From Octopus sinensis (Eukaryota), in contig NC_042999.1 in the NCBI RefSeq assembly GCF_006345805.1, forward strand, positions 72,602,001 through 72,666,000: DNA of 64,000 nucleotides, written 5' to 3'. Position numbers and translations under genes: made by a program. Shown here piece by piece: positions 12,241 through 23,850 of this stretch (its first letter is position 1; every line of letters begins with the position of its first letter). The notes below the pieces were generated by a model. That model was not told the origin of the DNA and did no database searches. It saw only the letters and a program-made list of their open reading frames with translations.

Positions 12241-12845
12241 AAAGATGCGTAGGACTTCTACACATTCTCTCATAAAGCATTAATTGGTCCGGGACTTGAA
12301 TTCTAGTCGAACGTCTGGACCATTCTCTTACGTAATTGTAGTTTTTCACCATGGTATATTATCAGCAGTGTGAAGGTGGTGGGTAGCAGAATCGGTAAAC
12401 TGGTCGACTAAATATGTTGCAGAAATCTAATATCATGCCCACCTACTCTTTTTTTTTTTCTGAGTTCAAATCATGTCGGTGTCGACAATGCTATTCATTC
12501 TTCCATCATTGGTAAAATATTTAGAAGTCACTTTGATTGATTGTTTCTTCTCCCTACATACAAAAATATTCCTTTGAGTTTGAGTTTGTTAGAAATCGTT
12601 GTCGGCTTTGTAGTTGTCATATCACCAAAGACGTACTGTGTATTTGGATTTGACTGTCCTGACATGATTCTTATTTACTATTTCTCTAACTTTCTTTTCT
12701 AAACTAGCAGCACGTGAAAAAGTCACCAAGGTTGTATGATATCTATCAATCGTCTCAACGTCTCAACCAAGTCAATGAAAGTAAGAAAGGAAAGAAGAAA
12801 AACTCATTGATTAACAAATCTTGGAAAACATGAATATCTACTCAC

Positions 12846-12848
12846 CAT
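12846..12848 (-). CDS. Coding part of exon 1 (start codon only) of a secreted cysteine-rich peptide precursor gene; exon 1 predicted ~12846-12921
   Basis: Minus strand reads CAACAATG|GTGAGT: ATG in a good context followed directly by a consensus donor (12845-12840). Phase 0 matches exon 2, which opens with a signal peptide lacking only Met. Confidence 0.8.
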
Positions 12849-12918
12849 TGTTGTATATGTCTGTTGAACTGACTTGACTGCTGAAGGAGAGAAATGTCCT
12901 GACCAAACGTCAATAGAT

Positions 12919-12954
12919 TCTGATGCAAGCCTGATAGACCTTCACGTATTTATA
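12919..12954 (-). promoter_or_regulatory. TATA box and initiator-like element of the cysteine-rich peptide gene
   Basis: TATAAATA at 12954-12947 and TCAGAAT with A at 12921, about 33 nt downstream; gives a ~73-nt 5'UTR before the ATG. Confidence 0.6.
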
Positions 12955-14136
12955 TATTCACTTAAGTCTACAGATATTTAGATATGATCAGGTGTCATGT
13001 ATCCCACGCAAGCATTCGTTGTTTGTATAAGCACGCGTCAAAGAGGGTGTAGTGGGGTGGGAAACTGAGGAGTAAAGGGCTCTTCCAGTTGTATCATTTG
13101 TCAATACCAGCCAACCTCATTCTCACCAAAAATCCCAATAAGTTCAAACCCCTGAGAAAGCTAGGGATTTATGTTAGGATGGGCGACAGCATTCTTCATT
13201 AAGACTTTCCCTTAGTTGTAAGTGTTGTTGTTGCTACAGTTGCATTCATTGAAATTATTGATGGGGGTATCGTCATTATCCTTATTTTTGCTGTAGATGC
13301 TGCTAATGTGTACATGACAAATATTCGGAAGAGTCCCCAGGTCTGGATGCCAGCACGCAGTAGTGTTTGTTTAAGCAGCCTGTCTCGTTTTGCAACGTTT
13401 TACTTCTGGACAATGATAAACGGAAAAACATGCGCAGCACGTGTGAATGAATAGAAAGTATGAGAGTCAGACGTGTGCACTTTTATGTAATAACAGGATG
13501 GACAAATGAACGATCTATAGAGGGACTACTGTTTAAGTCGCGCAAAACAAATAGAGATTTAAAAGAAGAATTTACAAAGAGTTAAATATAAAAACAAAAA
13601 AAATGGTTATCATTACGTATAGAGCAATTACTGACAAGTTATGTATGATATAATTCCAACAGCATGCATCACAGATAAGTGTATTGGTTCTATTTAAATA
13701 CCACCTTGTGTATCGGTTTCTTCCCTTTTGTTTGACAAAGCAAAGGGTATTATATCTTAGCTTAAATAAAACGGTGAGTGCTGTGACGTTCATCGTTTTC
13801 TTGAGGTTATTAGCGGAGTAAGTGAAGTTAAAGTGGCTGAACTGAGAAATGAGATCGCGCCGAGGACTGAACAGCAGCTTACCTGATTAGGTCCGTCAGG
13901 CCCGTTGCCAGACTTTGGTACCTGCGGGGGCTTCAGAATATTCTGGGTGAACACTAGTTAGTAATAATGCTAAAGCAGAGTTTCGAAATAAGTGTATCAC
14001 TGTAAATCTGAGAGTGCACCCTTGAATAGTGAAGGAGCAGTGCCGTCCAGGGCAACCCCTTAGCGACGAACATGGAGTTCGTACAGTACCTTACTTGTTA
14101 GGGTTAAATTCAAAACCCGGGGGGAACTAGTGCTGG

Positions 14137-14137
<1 letters not shown>

Positions 14138-14201
<64 letters not shown>

Positions 14202-14220
14202 TTCATCATCATCATCATCT
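14138..14220. repeat. (CAT)n microsatellite
   Basis: Direct reading. Confidence 0.95.
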
Positions 14221-14583
14221 TTAGCCATCACCACCACCTTCACCACTACCATCATCAGCAACAACTTTTGGGCATCTTTTTAGAACTTTGTACGCAAAGT
14301 TGTCCCGACTTAATAAAGACGTAAACTCTGGGTCTTTTTTTTAATTTTAATTCAATGCCTTTTTTTTCTCAGTTTATAGTTTTTTCTTTTTTTCTTGTTC
14401 TGTACAGAAGAGGCTACTCCGCTATAACAGCAGTCTGAGCGGGATTTTGAACTCAGAACGCACAAAGTCAGAACATATACTGCCGCAAGACATCTCATTC
14501 GGTGTTCTGACAATTGCACCCAATTCTCAGCCCTGGATAAAAGACAACTGTCCACAACCAAAGCGATAGACCACACACACACA

Positions 14584-14696
<113 letters not shown>

Positions 14697-15141
14697 ACAC
14701 TCACGCATACACACTCTCTCTTTCTCCCCCCCCCCTCTCTCTCTCTTCCTCATTCACTTCTAAGATGTAGACACTGAAATGTTAGATTTTTCGTTCCTCA
14801 CAGCAACTGAACTTATAGAACAACCCCTACCTGTCTGTTCCCTACAAGGCATACCTTAATGTCTAGGATAATTTCAACCAATTCGGCACTGAGAATTTAT
14901 ATTTTAAGAGAAAAGAAATAAGAAGTTATGACGTCATTGCCATTCCCAATTGTAGTGAAACTGGTAAGACATAGGTGAGTGGTTAAGAAGTTCCCTTCAC
15001 AACTATGTGGTTTCAGCTTTGATCCCACCATGCAGTACCTTGATCAAATGTCTTCTGGTCTTCTGTCATAGTCTCGGTGTGAACAATACTGTGAGAAAGG
15101 AATTGTGAGGCACACGCACACACACACACACACACATGTAT

Positions 15142-15575
15142 ATGGTATTTTTTTATAAGCTTAAAGCTTAAAGTGATTACAGTGCAAATGACTAAGGAAA
15201 ATAGTCTAATAATGGGGCATATAAGCCCTCAACAGAAAAAAAGTAGGCTTTCCCGTACGCGTGGGACACGAATCCACATCCCTTTGTTAACGCAACTAAA
15301 TGTGTTACCGATTACACCAGACAACCAGCCTGCTCCCTTCTGTCAAATTTAAGAACTATATTATTTCGTAGTTGTTTTTGTAAACTAACTTTATGTGCTT
15401 TCGGTGCGAATGGTTTTGTTAAGCGGTGTCGAGTTTTACAAGTACGGGAAAGCCTACTTTTTTAGACTATTTTCTTTAGTCATTTGCACGGCGATCGCTA
15501 TAAGCTTTGAGCTTATAAAAAATACCATTATTATTATTTACAGAATTGTAAAACTCAACACGGCTTAACAAAACC
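15142..15575. mobile_element. Nested inverted-repeat element containing a tRNA-like segment, adjoining a Penelope-like remnant
   Basis: ~68-bp IR arms at 15142-15210 and 15462-15528; inner IR aaagtaggctttcccgtac/gtacgggaaagcctacttt; third IR 15413-15442/15546-15575; minus strand 15322-15252 has box A and box B-like motifs. Confidence 0.6.
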
Positions 15576-15858
15576 AGTGGAGAAAGGAACCAAAGTGACT
15601 CTTGTAGGTTTTTTTTTTTTTTTATTAGCATGGAGAAGTTGTTTCCACGTGTAGACAGTGAGATATTTTCATCCAATGGCTGGGAGTCCAGAATGACTGA
15701 CGGCAGTAAGTTGTTGCAGCTATCATTACATTCTCTCTGTTCCGCTGAATTTTGAATTTCACCGAAACCCTGGCATGAAAGGTAAGAGAGATAGTAAGCA
15801 CAGCTCACCGATCAAAATTGTGGCACATCATTGAAATATGTAAAAAGATAAAAGTTAG

Positions 15859-16126
15859 TTATGCGTGCATATTAAGACGTGTTCTGTATTTTTCAATGAA
15901 AAAAGTTTCTTTATTTAAACGTTCTTGTGGAGAGATTGTGTCTTTGCACTGGTAGAAAGGGAAGACTGTGAAATTTGGTTTGATACTATCTGCACATTTT
16001 TCTGTATGTTCCCTGAGAAGAATTTGCCTGTGTTGCGGGAAACGGATTTGCTCTTTATGTAGAGTGGTTCTCTTTCTCAAGGTCACCCTCGTCTGTCCAA
16101 TATAGTTGTGTCCGCAACTCGAGCAG
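15859..16126 (-). mobile_element. Penelope-like element, GIY-YIG endonuclease C-terminal fragment
   Basis: CSSCGHNYIGQT..LRKR...HKEQIR...H..KC...FTVFPFYQ...R..KE.FFIEKY...LN* is a PLE GIY-YIG signature. Confidence 0.85.
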
Positions 16127-16560
16127 AAAAAGAAACAGAAAAAGAAACAGACTACATCATGAACTTCAAATGTAAACCCAGTCTTTTTTACGGCCTTCCT
16201 AAAATACATAAGAGCAAGATAATCAATGAAGCCTGCAAACAATCACCAGGCAAATACATAAATATCCAAACGCCAGAAGACTTAACTTTAAGACCCATTG
16301 TAGCTGGGCCAGCCTGTGAAACCCACCGCCTAAGCAATTTTCGAGACATCCTACTGAAACCCTTGCTGAATACATCAAAAGTTTCATTAGAGATGATTTA
16401 GACATGCTAGGACACCTACCAAAAACAATTAATGAAGAGGCAATATTGGTTACCATCGATGCTATCAATCTTTACACCAACATCCCCCATGACTACGGAA
16501 TAAAAGGAATTACATTCTAGTTGGAAAAGTACCCGAAGTACTCAAGGAACGCATAAATCA
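16127..16560 (+). mobile_element. Penelope-like element, reverse transcriptase N-terminal fragment (frameshifted)
   Basis: FYGLPKIHK...LRPIVAGP...HRLS...DILLKP, then after a frameshift DDLDMLGHLP...LVTIDAINLYTNIPH. Confidence 0.85.
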
Positions 16561-16578
16561 GATCTTTATACTATATAT

Positions 16579-16954
16579 ATGTAACATACGGTATAATTAT
16601 AAACAGAGAAAGTTTTAGCCATTCGCAAACTGAAAAAACGATGAACAACCTTAATCGATTTTTAGAGCCTTATTGGGTTCTCATCAGAGGCGTCTACACC
16701 ATTCTGACAGTCTCCAGTGAAACAAGCAGGCAAGCTGTTTATATGCTCAACAAATGCGGCAGTTACTCTATGAAGGGGTCCTAATTTGCATGCCGAAAGT
16801 GTTTAACACTCTATAAATACCAGCGGTCTGTCAACGGAAATCTTAGTCCACAAGTATCAAGGTATGATATAATAAACATGTAACACATGGTATAATTATA
16901 AACAGGGCAAATTTTAGCCATTTCTCCGCAGACTTAAAAAAACGATGAACAACC
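16579..16954 (-). mobile_element. ~300-nt direct-repeat unit (pLTR- or retrozyme-like) carrying a degenerate hammerhead ribozyme
   Basis: Direct repeats at 16579-16650 and 16878-16954, with a hammerhead motif between them. Confidence 0.7.
16646..16694 (-). ncRNA. Degenerate minimal type I hammerhead ribozyme (G12 lost)
   Basis: cct-CTGATGA-gaaccc aata aggctc-tAAAA-atcgat-TA-agg: stem I cct/agg, palindromic helix III AATCGATT, GAAA core mutated. Confidence 0.6.
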
Positions 16955-17095
16955 ATATACATACATACATACATACATACATACATACATACATACTACA
17001 TACATACATACATACATATATACATACATACATGCATACACACACACACACACACAACACACACACACACACACACACCACACACACACACACAC

Positions 17096-17168
<73 letters not shown>
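16955..17168. repeat. Compound (CATA)n/(CA)n/(TA)n microsatellite
   Basis: Direct reading. Confidence 0.95.
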
Positions 17169-17169
<1 letters not shown>

Positions 17170-18482
17170 TAGCAGAGATACCCGGCATTGCCCGTGTTAC
17201 ATACAATTGAAGAATTAAACATTTCTGTTATATTTTCTGTAATGAACTGGAATATCTATGTTTCGAATTTCATCAAAATTGCAGATGAGGGTTATTTCCC
17301 TCTTTACACACCCTAAAAAATTGTAATCGTGCCATATGTATCCCATACTACTGATTTTTATGTGCATATTCCAAAATTCCAGTCTTATTGAACCTGTTAA
17401 AAAGATTTTGCTCCTGAAAAATGAAGGTCATGGAGCTCTAAAATGTGAGAGTTAAGGCCCCTGTTGGGGGTGGTGGGCATCTTAATGTCAACCAGAGAAG
17501 TTGAATTGTTGAGAATCTTTTTACCTTGGGTCTTATATCTATTATTTGAATTTCTTTGAAATAGGAAATATATGTTCACTGGGTTTGTAAAAGAGAGCAA
17601 AGCTACAGGAAACCAAAAGACGAATGATCAGAATAAGCAGTCAGTTACCCTACCCTTGTCGTTACCACTCCCAATGTAGGATTTCTCACCATCCAGGTGA
17701 CAGGCACAGCCGTAAGATGCATTACGAATCCATAGCAATTGGAAGGGCGTGACCCAACTGAAATCAATAACTGTGTGACGTGAGGGCTAAGGAGAAATGA
17801 AAGTGTCACCTCTGGAGTTTTCAAATGGCTACTATACTGATACGAAACTGGACAGAATAAGTTTACAATCTATAAATGTCTTTGAATAACCAGTCACTCA
17901 TCTGAGAAGGCCTTGAAATCAATGTTACCATCTGGGGACTATGTGTGACCGAGTGGTAATAAAAAGACTGAAAGGGGGTTCGCAATCAAATATCTTTACT
18001 CAACACTTTGCAACTGAATCAGTGGAGGCAAAGATGCCTCTCATTTACTTGACAATTTATGCACCACATTGCAGAAATCACTATGTAAGTGTATGTCAAA
18101 GCAAACTGTTACACTGTTGTACCACTGAATTAGATATAATGCCCAACTTTTATGCTCGGGTAACCCTACAGCTTCCAAGAGCACAACTGTATTCGTTTTT
18201 GCCTAGATAAAATGACAAAATTGTGAGTGTTAAGTCCCCATGGAGGGGGTCTTTCTAACTTGTAAGAATATGAAATTTTATAAATATTACTTCATTTGTG
18301 TCTAATATCTATGGTTAAAATTTCATCAACACCAAAAATATATGAATTGTCATGGGGGTTATGGCCTTTATGCATAGAATATAATTTCCAAATTTCATAA
18401 AGATCCATTCAGTACTTTTGACCTAGTTTTGGATCATGAAAGAAATGACTAAAATTTGGGAGTTAAGGCTCCCATTAGCATG

Positions 18483-18520
<38 letters not shown>

Positions 18521-18537
18521 ATATATATATAGATAGA
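17169..18537 (-). mobile_element. Non-autonomous Helitron-like element
   Basis: Minus-strand 3' end cgggcaatgccggg hairpin ...CTAG|T at 17169; TC-initiated (TA)-rich 5' end near 18537; no ORF. Confidence 0.55.
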
Positions 18538-18595
18538 AGAGAGAGTAGAGAGAGAGAGAGAGAGAGATATAGATAGATGAGAGATAGATAGATAG

Positions 18596-18656
<61 letters not shown>

Positions 18657-18891
18657 GATAGATAGATATATACACCACACCATACAAAGATAAATTGATA
18701 GATACAACTGAGTGGGCAAACAAAAATATGAGACACAGCCTAGTGCTTTTTTTTGTGTTGATAAGCCTGGTACTTATTCTTCTATTTATTTTGTTCTTGT
18801 GAAACCAGTAAGTTATGTGGATGTAAAAAATAATGACAGCAGTTGTGAAGCAGTGATGAGGGCGAACACAGAGACAAAGACACACACATGT

Positions 18892-18958
18892 ACTTACATA
18901 TATACATACATATATATACGATTGATTTGTTTCAGTTCCTGTCTACGAAATCCATATA
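18892..18958 (+). repeat. Left copy of the 67-bp target-site duplication of the BovB LINE
   Basis: Matches 21678-21744 with 2 mismatches. Confidence 0.85.
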
Positions 18959-21677
18959 CATTGTTGTTGGCATACTTTTTGTCTCAGTAGACAATGGAGT
19001 TGCGCATAAAATAATCTAGTCTGGCTTTTACATTTCATGTCTTAATACATCTCCTGCTGTGGCTGTGTAGTCCTATCCTGGACAAACACTCCCTTTGGCA
19101 GTTGCCGCAAATGTAGCGAAGACTTTGCCTGGCTGGTTGTAATGTCATAGTTTCTTGTTGACATTTTTTCTTGTCTTTCCATTTCTCCTCTCTCTCTATG
19201 TCACTCCTTTGTGTTCCCTCTTTTACGGTACGTCGCCAATCTCCACGGTTACTGGCAACTGCTTCCCAGTTGGTAATATTGATGTTGCAGGCATTCATGT
19301 CCCTTTTGCAAACAACCTTGTATTGTAAGAACGGTCTTCCCACAGACCTAGTGCCCCTAGTAAGCTCTCCGTTGAGTATGTCCTCGGGGATTCTGCCACC
19401 TTCCATACGGCTAACATGTCCAAGCCATCTCATACGTCTTTGTGTGAGGAGTGCAAATATGCTTGGTATTCCTGCTTGCTTGAGGACATGATTCTGCCAT
19501 TTGATGCGAAGGATTTTCTGGAGGCAGCGCAGGTGAAAGATATTTAGGCGACGCTCATGGCGTGTGTATGGCGTCCAAGTCTCACTTCCATACAGTAGAG
19601 TGCTAAGTACATATGCCTGGTAAATCTTCATTTTTGTGGTCTTGGTCAGCTTATTGTTGTCCCATTCTCGTTTGGAGAGTTGGGCCATCACAGCAGCTGC
19701 CTTGCCAATGCGTATATTGAGCTCAGCATCAAGGGATAGGATGTAGGTGACAGTAGAGCCAAGATAGGTAAACCTCTCCACCTCCTGTAGTCTGTGGTCT
19801 CCAAGATGTATGTTTGGGATGTCCGATGTAGCCTGACTCATGATGTTGGTCTTCTTGAGGTTGATAACTAAGCCAAAGTTGCCACATGCTTGCTCAAAAC
19901 AGTTGATGAGTCTTTGTAGGGATTCTTCTGTGTGTGATATCAGAGCGGCATCATCAGTAAATAGCATCTCCTTCTTCAGGACGCTTCTGATTTTGGTCTT
20001 GGCACGCAAACGCAAGAGATTGAACAGTTTCCCATCACTTCTACCGTGCAGAAACACTCCATCATCTGATGTCTCAAAGGCATGTGACAGCAGCAGCGAG
20101 AAGAAGATGCCAAATAATGTAGGAGCAAAGACACAACCTTGCTTTACTCCATTTTTTATTTGGAAGGCGGCTGATGTTGAACCATTGTGCTGTATGGTGC
20201 CTTGCATATCATCATGGAAAGATTTGATGATCCTCAGCAGCTTTGGTGAACATCCAATTTTTTGGAGCAGGATGAAGAGGCCTTTTCTACTTACCAAGTC
20301 AAAGGCCTTTGTCAGATCAATGAAGGCCATATATAATGGCATTTCCTTCTCTCTGGACTTCTGAAGTTGGTGTTTGGAGAATATCATGTCAATAGTTGAT
20401 CTGCTTCTTCTAAAGCCACACTGCGACTCTGGATAAATTCGAGAAGCAAGCAGTTGCAGCCTGAACAGGATAATGCGAGCAAAGGCCTTTCCAACAGTGC
20501 TTAGAAGAGATATTCCACAGTAATTGTTACAATCACCACGGTCGCCTTTGTTTTTGTAAAGCGTAATGAAGTTAGCATCCCGCATATCCTGAGGGACTGT
20601 ACCCTCTTCCCAGCACTGACACAGAAGCTCACGTATGTGCCGAAGCAGGATGGTGTTTTTGCCGGTTTTGATGATCACTAAGTAGATGCCGTCTTTTCCC
20701 GGAGCCTTTGTTACTTGCTAGGGAGTCAATAGCCTTGGTGAGCTCTGCTATAGATGGCAGACTGTCAAGCTCGAACATGACTGGCAAGATCTTGACACCC
20801 TCGATTGCAGCCTCAGCTACCATGGTCTCCCGTGAGTAGAGATCCTGGTAGTACTCCACCCATCTATCCATTTGCTTGCTTTGGTCCTTGATGAGATCTC
20901 CAGTAGTTGATTTCAGAGGAGCTGACTTGGTTGCGGATGGACCGAGGGCCTTCTTCAAACCGGCATACATCCCACGGGTGTCGCCACTGTCAGCAGCTGA
21001 CTGGATACTCTGACAGATTTTCTGCCAATACCTGTTTGCACAGCGTCTGGCAGTCAGTTGGGTTTTATTTCTTGCCTTTCTGAATTTTTCAAGTGACTTT
21101 GTAGAAGAATCACTCTTGTATTACATCAGAGCTGCACGCTTTGTTTCGATAACTGTTTCCAGCTCTGAAAGCCCAGCACTGAACCAATCTGGGTTTTGCC
21201 TTTCTCTCATGCCGAAAGTATCTATTGATGTGATATACAAAGCTTCCCTGATATAATTCCATCTACTTTCAGCAGAGGAGGTTGGGCAGCTACTGAGGGC
21301 AACCTTCATAGAAACAGCAAAACATTGTCGCAGTGTAGGGCCGGAGGTTCTGGCAGTGTTAATGCGTGGTCGGCCCATTTTCTTGGAGTGATGGACTTTT
21401 TTAGGCAGAATCCTCACCCTGCTTCTTATTAGTGAATGATCTGTATCACAATCCGCGCTGTAGTAACTACGGGTCATTTGAACAGAATTCAGAAAGGATC
21501 TTCATGTAATTATGAGATCCAACTGATGCCAGTGGTAAGATCTTAGATGTCTCCAAGATGCCTTATGGGATGTCTTGTTGGCAAAGAATGTGTTAGTGAT
21601 GCACACATTATGGTATGTGCAAAATTCAAGTAGTCTCTGACCATTGTCATTCATGTTGCTAATACCAAACCACATAC
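18959..21677 (-). mobile_element. RTE-BovB clade LINE, 5'-truncated within the endonuclease domain, ORF2 disrupted
   Basis: RT motifs (FIDLTKAFD, GVKQGC, LFTDD, FTYLGS), EN C-terminus (GQRLLEFC, WHQLDLIIT, DTDHSL), C-terminal CGNC..HSHSRRC zinc finger, short 3'UTR with (CAA)n tail, flanking 67-bp duplication. Confidence 0.95.
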
Positions 21678-21744
21678 ACTTACATATATACATACATATA
21701 TATACGATTGATTTGTTTCCGTTCCAGTCTACGAAATCCATATA
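21678..21744 (+). repeat. Right copy of the 67-bp target-site duplication of the BovB LINE
   Basis: Matches 18892-18958 with 2 mismatches. Confidence 0.85.
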
Positions 21745-21774
21745 TATATATATATATATCTGTGTGTGTGTGTG

Positions 21775-21863
<89 letters not shown>

Positions 21864-21939
21864 GATAAATTGCTAGATATAACTGAGTGGGCAAACAAAA
21901 ATATGAGACACTGCGTAGTGCATTTTTATATTTTGATAA

Positions 21940-22250
21940 GCCTGGTACTTATTCTATCAGTTTCTGCTTGTGAAACCAGTAAGTTATGGGGATATAAATA
22001 AACAACCACCAGTTGTGAAGCAGTGATGAGGGAGAAACACAAGGACACACACATAGACTTACATATATAAATACATATACATAAAATTGATTTCTTTCAG
22101 TTTCTGTCCACAAAATCCACTGACAAGGCTTTGGTTGGTCTGAGGCTATAGCAGAAGACACATGCCAAGTTACCACACAATGGGACTGAACTGAGGACCT
22201 TGTGTTTTGGAACCAAGCTTGTTACCACACAGCCACACCTGTACCTATGT
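21940..22250 (-). mobile_element. Family A SINE, part of a local tandem duplication with 18685-18958
   Basis: Family A motifs; the unique upstream flank is also shared with 18685-18770. Confidence 0.7.
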
Positions 22251-22450
22251 ATGTGTGTGTGGGGGGTGTATGTGTGTATGGGTGTATATATGTATGCATA
22301 AACATATGTGTATATATATGTGTACATCTATATATATATATATACATCTAGACATACATGTATATCTATAGAAATACAACTATACATATACAGCAATACA
22401 TATACAGCAATACATATACATGTATACATATACAGCTATATATATACATG

Positions 22451-22529
<79 letters not shown>

Positions 22530-22659
22530 CGTGCGTGTGTGTGTGTGTATTATATTAAATTAGAGATAAAACTAAAATTAGAAATAAAACTAATAACCAC
22601 TAATAATATATATACACACACACACATCCATATACATACAATAGAGAGAGGTTTTTGTT

Positions 22660-22853
22660 TCAATTTTAACACGTAAGACTGAAATAGTGGAGAAGATATG
22701 ATATTGCTGTGGGCTCGCCCTAGACAAAAAGCTAAGAATTTTTTTGCCCATGACACTCCCCGGACCCAAAGTAAGGCATGCGTAAAATTTGAATGAAATT
22801 GGTCGTGTAGTTCTCAAGTTTTAGGGAAACACGCAGACAGACAGACATACATT

Positions 22854-22900
<47 letters not shown>
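22660..22900 (-). mobile_element. Non-autonomous Helitron/Helentron-like element, 5' part
   Basis: Reverse complement starts tatataaactgagaatgtatgtctgtctg and is homologous to 60910-61340. Confidence 0.6.
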
Positions 22901-22904
<4 letters not shown>

Positions 22905-23850
22905 TGCATGCACACACATACATACATATATATTTGGAATTTACAAAAGAAACGAACAAAAGACGAAGACGGGTGTGTAAACAGCAAACAGGTTTATTAG
23001 TTTAACGCTCCACACTTAGGAAAATTTATATAGGAAAACTACTGATGTTAAAAATAGATAGAGGGGACACAAGAATTCATTTATTCACCCCTATATAAAA
23101 AATTCCACGGCATTAGCATCATACATTAACCACCTCATACAGTCTAACATTAAGTATAATTAACGATGATCGATAATTACTGAATCAACACCATAGAACA
23201 CATATACTAAATCGTATAGGCTTTGCATCAAGGAATCGAGTAGCATACTATACGCTAGTAATAGAAATAAAGACATATTATTAAATAAAATTACAGACAT
23301 TTTAGTATGTTGTAAGCATAAATATTTAGCGCCTTATAATTTTCTTAAACTTAAAAATTTAATTTTTTAGAATGTAAAACTTTAAAGTTTTTTGAAAATA
23401 CGTTCCAATTAAATCATTAGATCCCATGAACACTTATGTACAAACCTGTAATCTTAATTTTTTTTTTATAGTAGTATATATATCAGTAGAGTGGAACGGA
23501 ACATTCCCATTGGCTATTATTTGCGTGATTAACTAAAGTTAACCTTTCAATAATTTTCATGTCTTATTTAAACGTGAAAACTGCAGAATCCTATATGATA
23601 CTGTCACTTATTCATCGATACTCAAAAACTGAACTTTCACCAACTGAATACTCACCATGTAGTGCCTTACTGCTTTTTGCTGGATTTTACCTCGAGAAAG
23701 GAACCCTGAGGAAGGAGGGCTGAATTTCGAATACTTCGTACAACCACTTTTCTGAAACGGCTGCAGGTTAGGAAAAAAATTTTAATCGCCTCTTTCAATT
23801 TAAGTTTTTATTTTTCATGTTTATATTCGTATTTCATTGTTATGTTTATA

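Noticed and set aside
12880-12915. Hammerhead-like ctgaagg...aaacgtc motif
   Set aside because: No helix II or GAAA core; better explained as the antisense of exon 1 5'UTR.
19171-20364. Plus-strand ORFs of 106 and 174 aa (likewise 53652-54083 and 39934-40179)
   Set aside because: Antisense shadows of LINE coding sequence.
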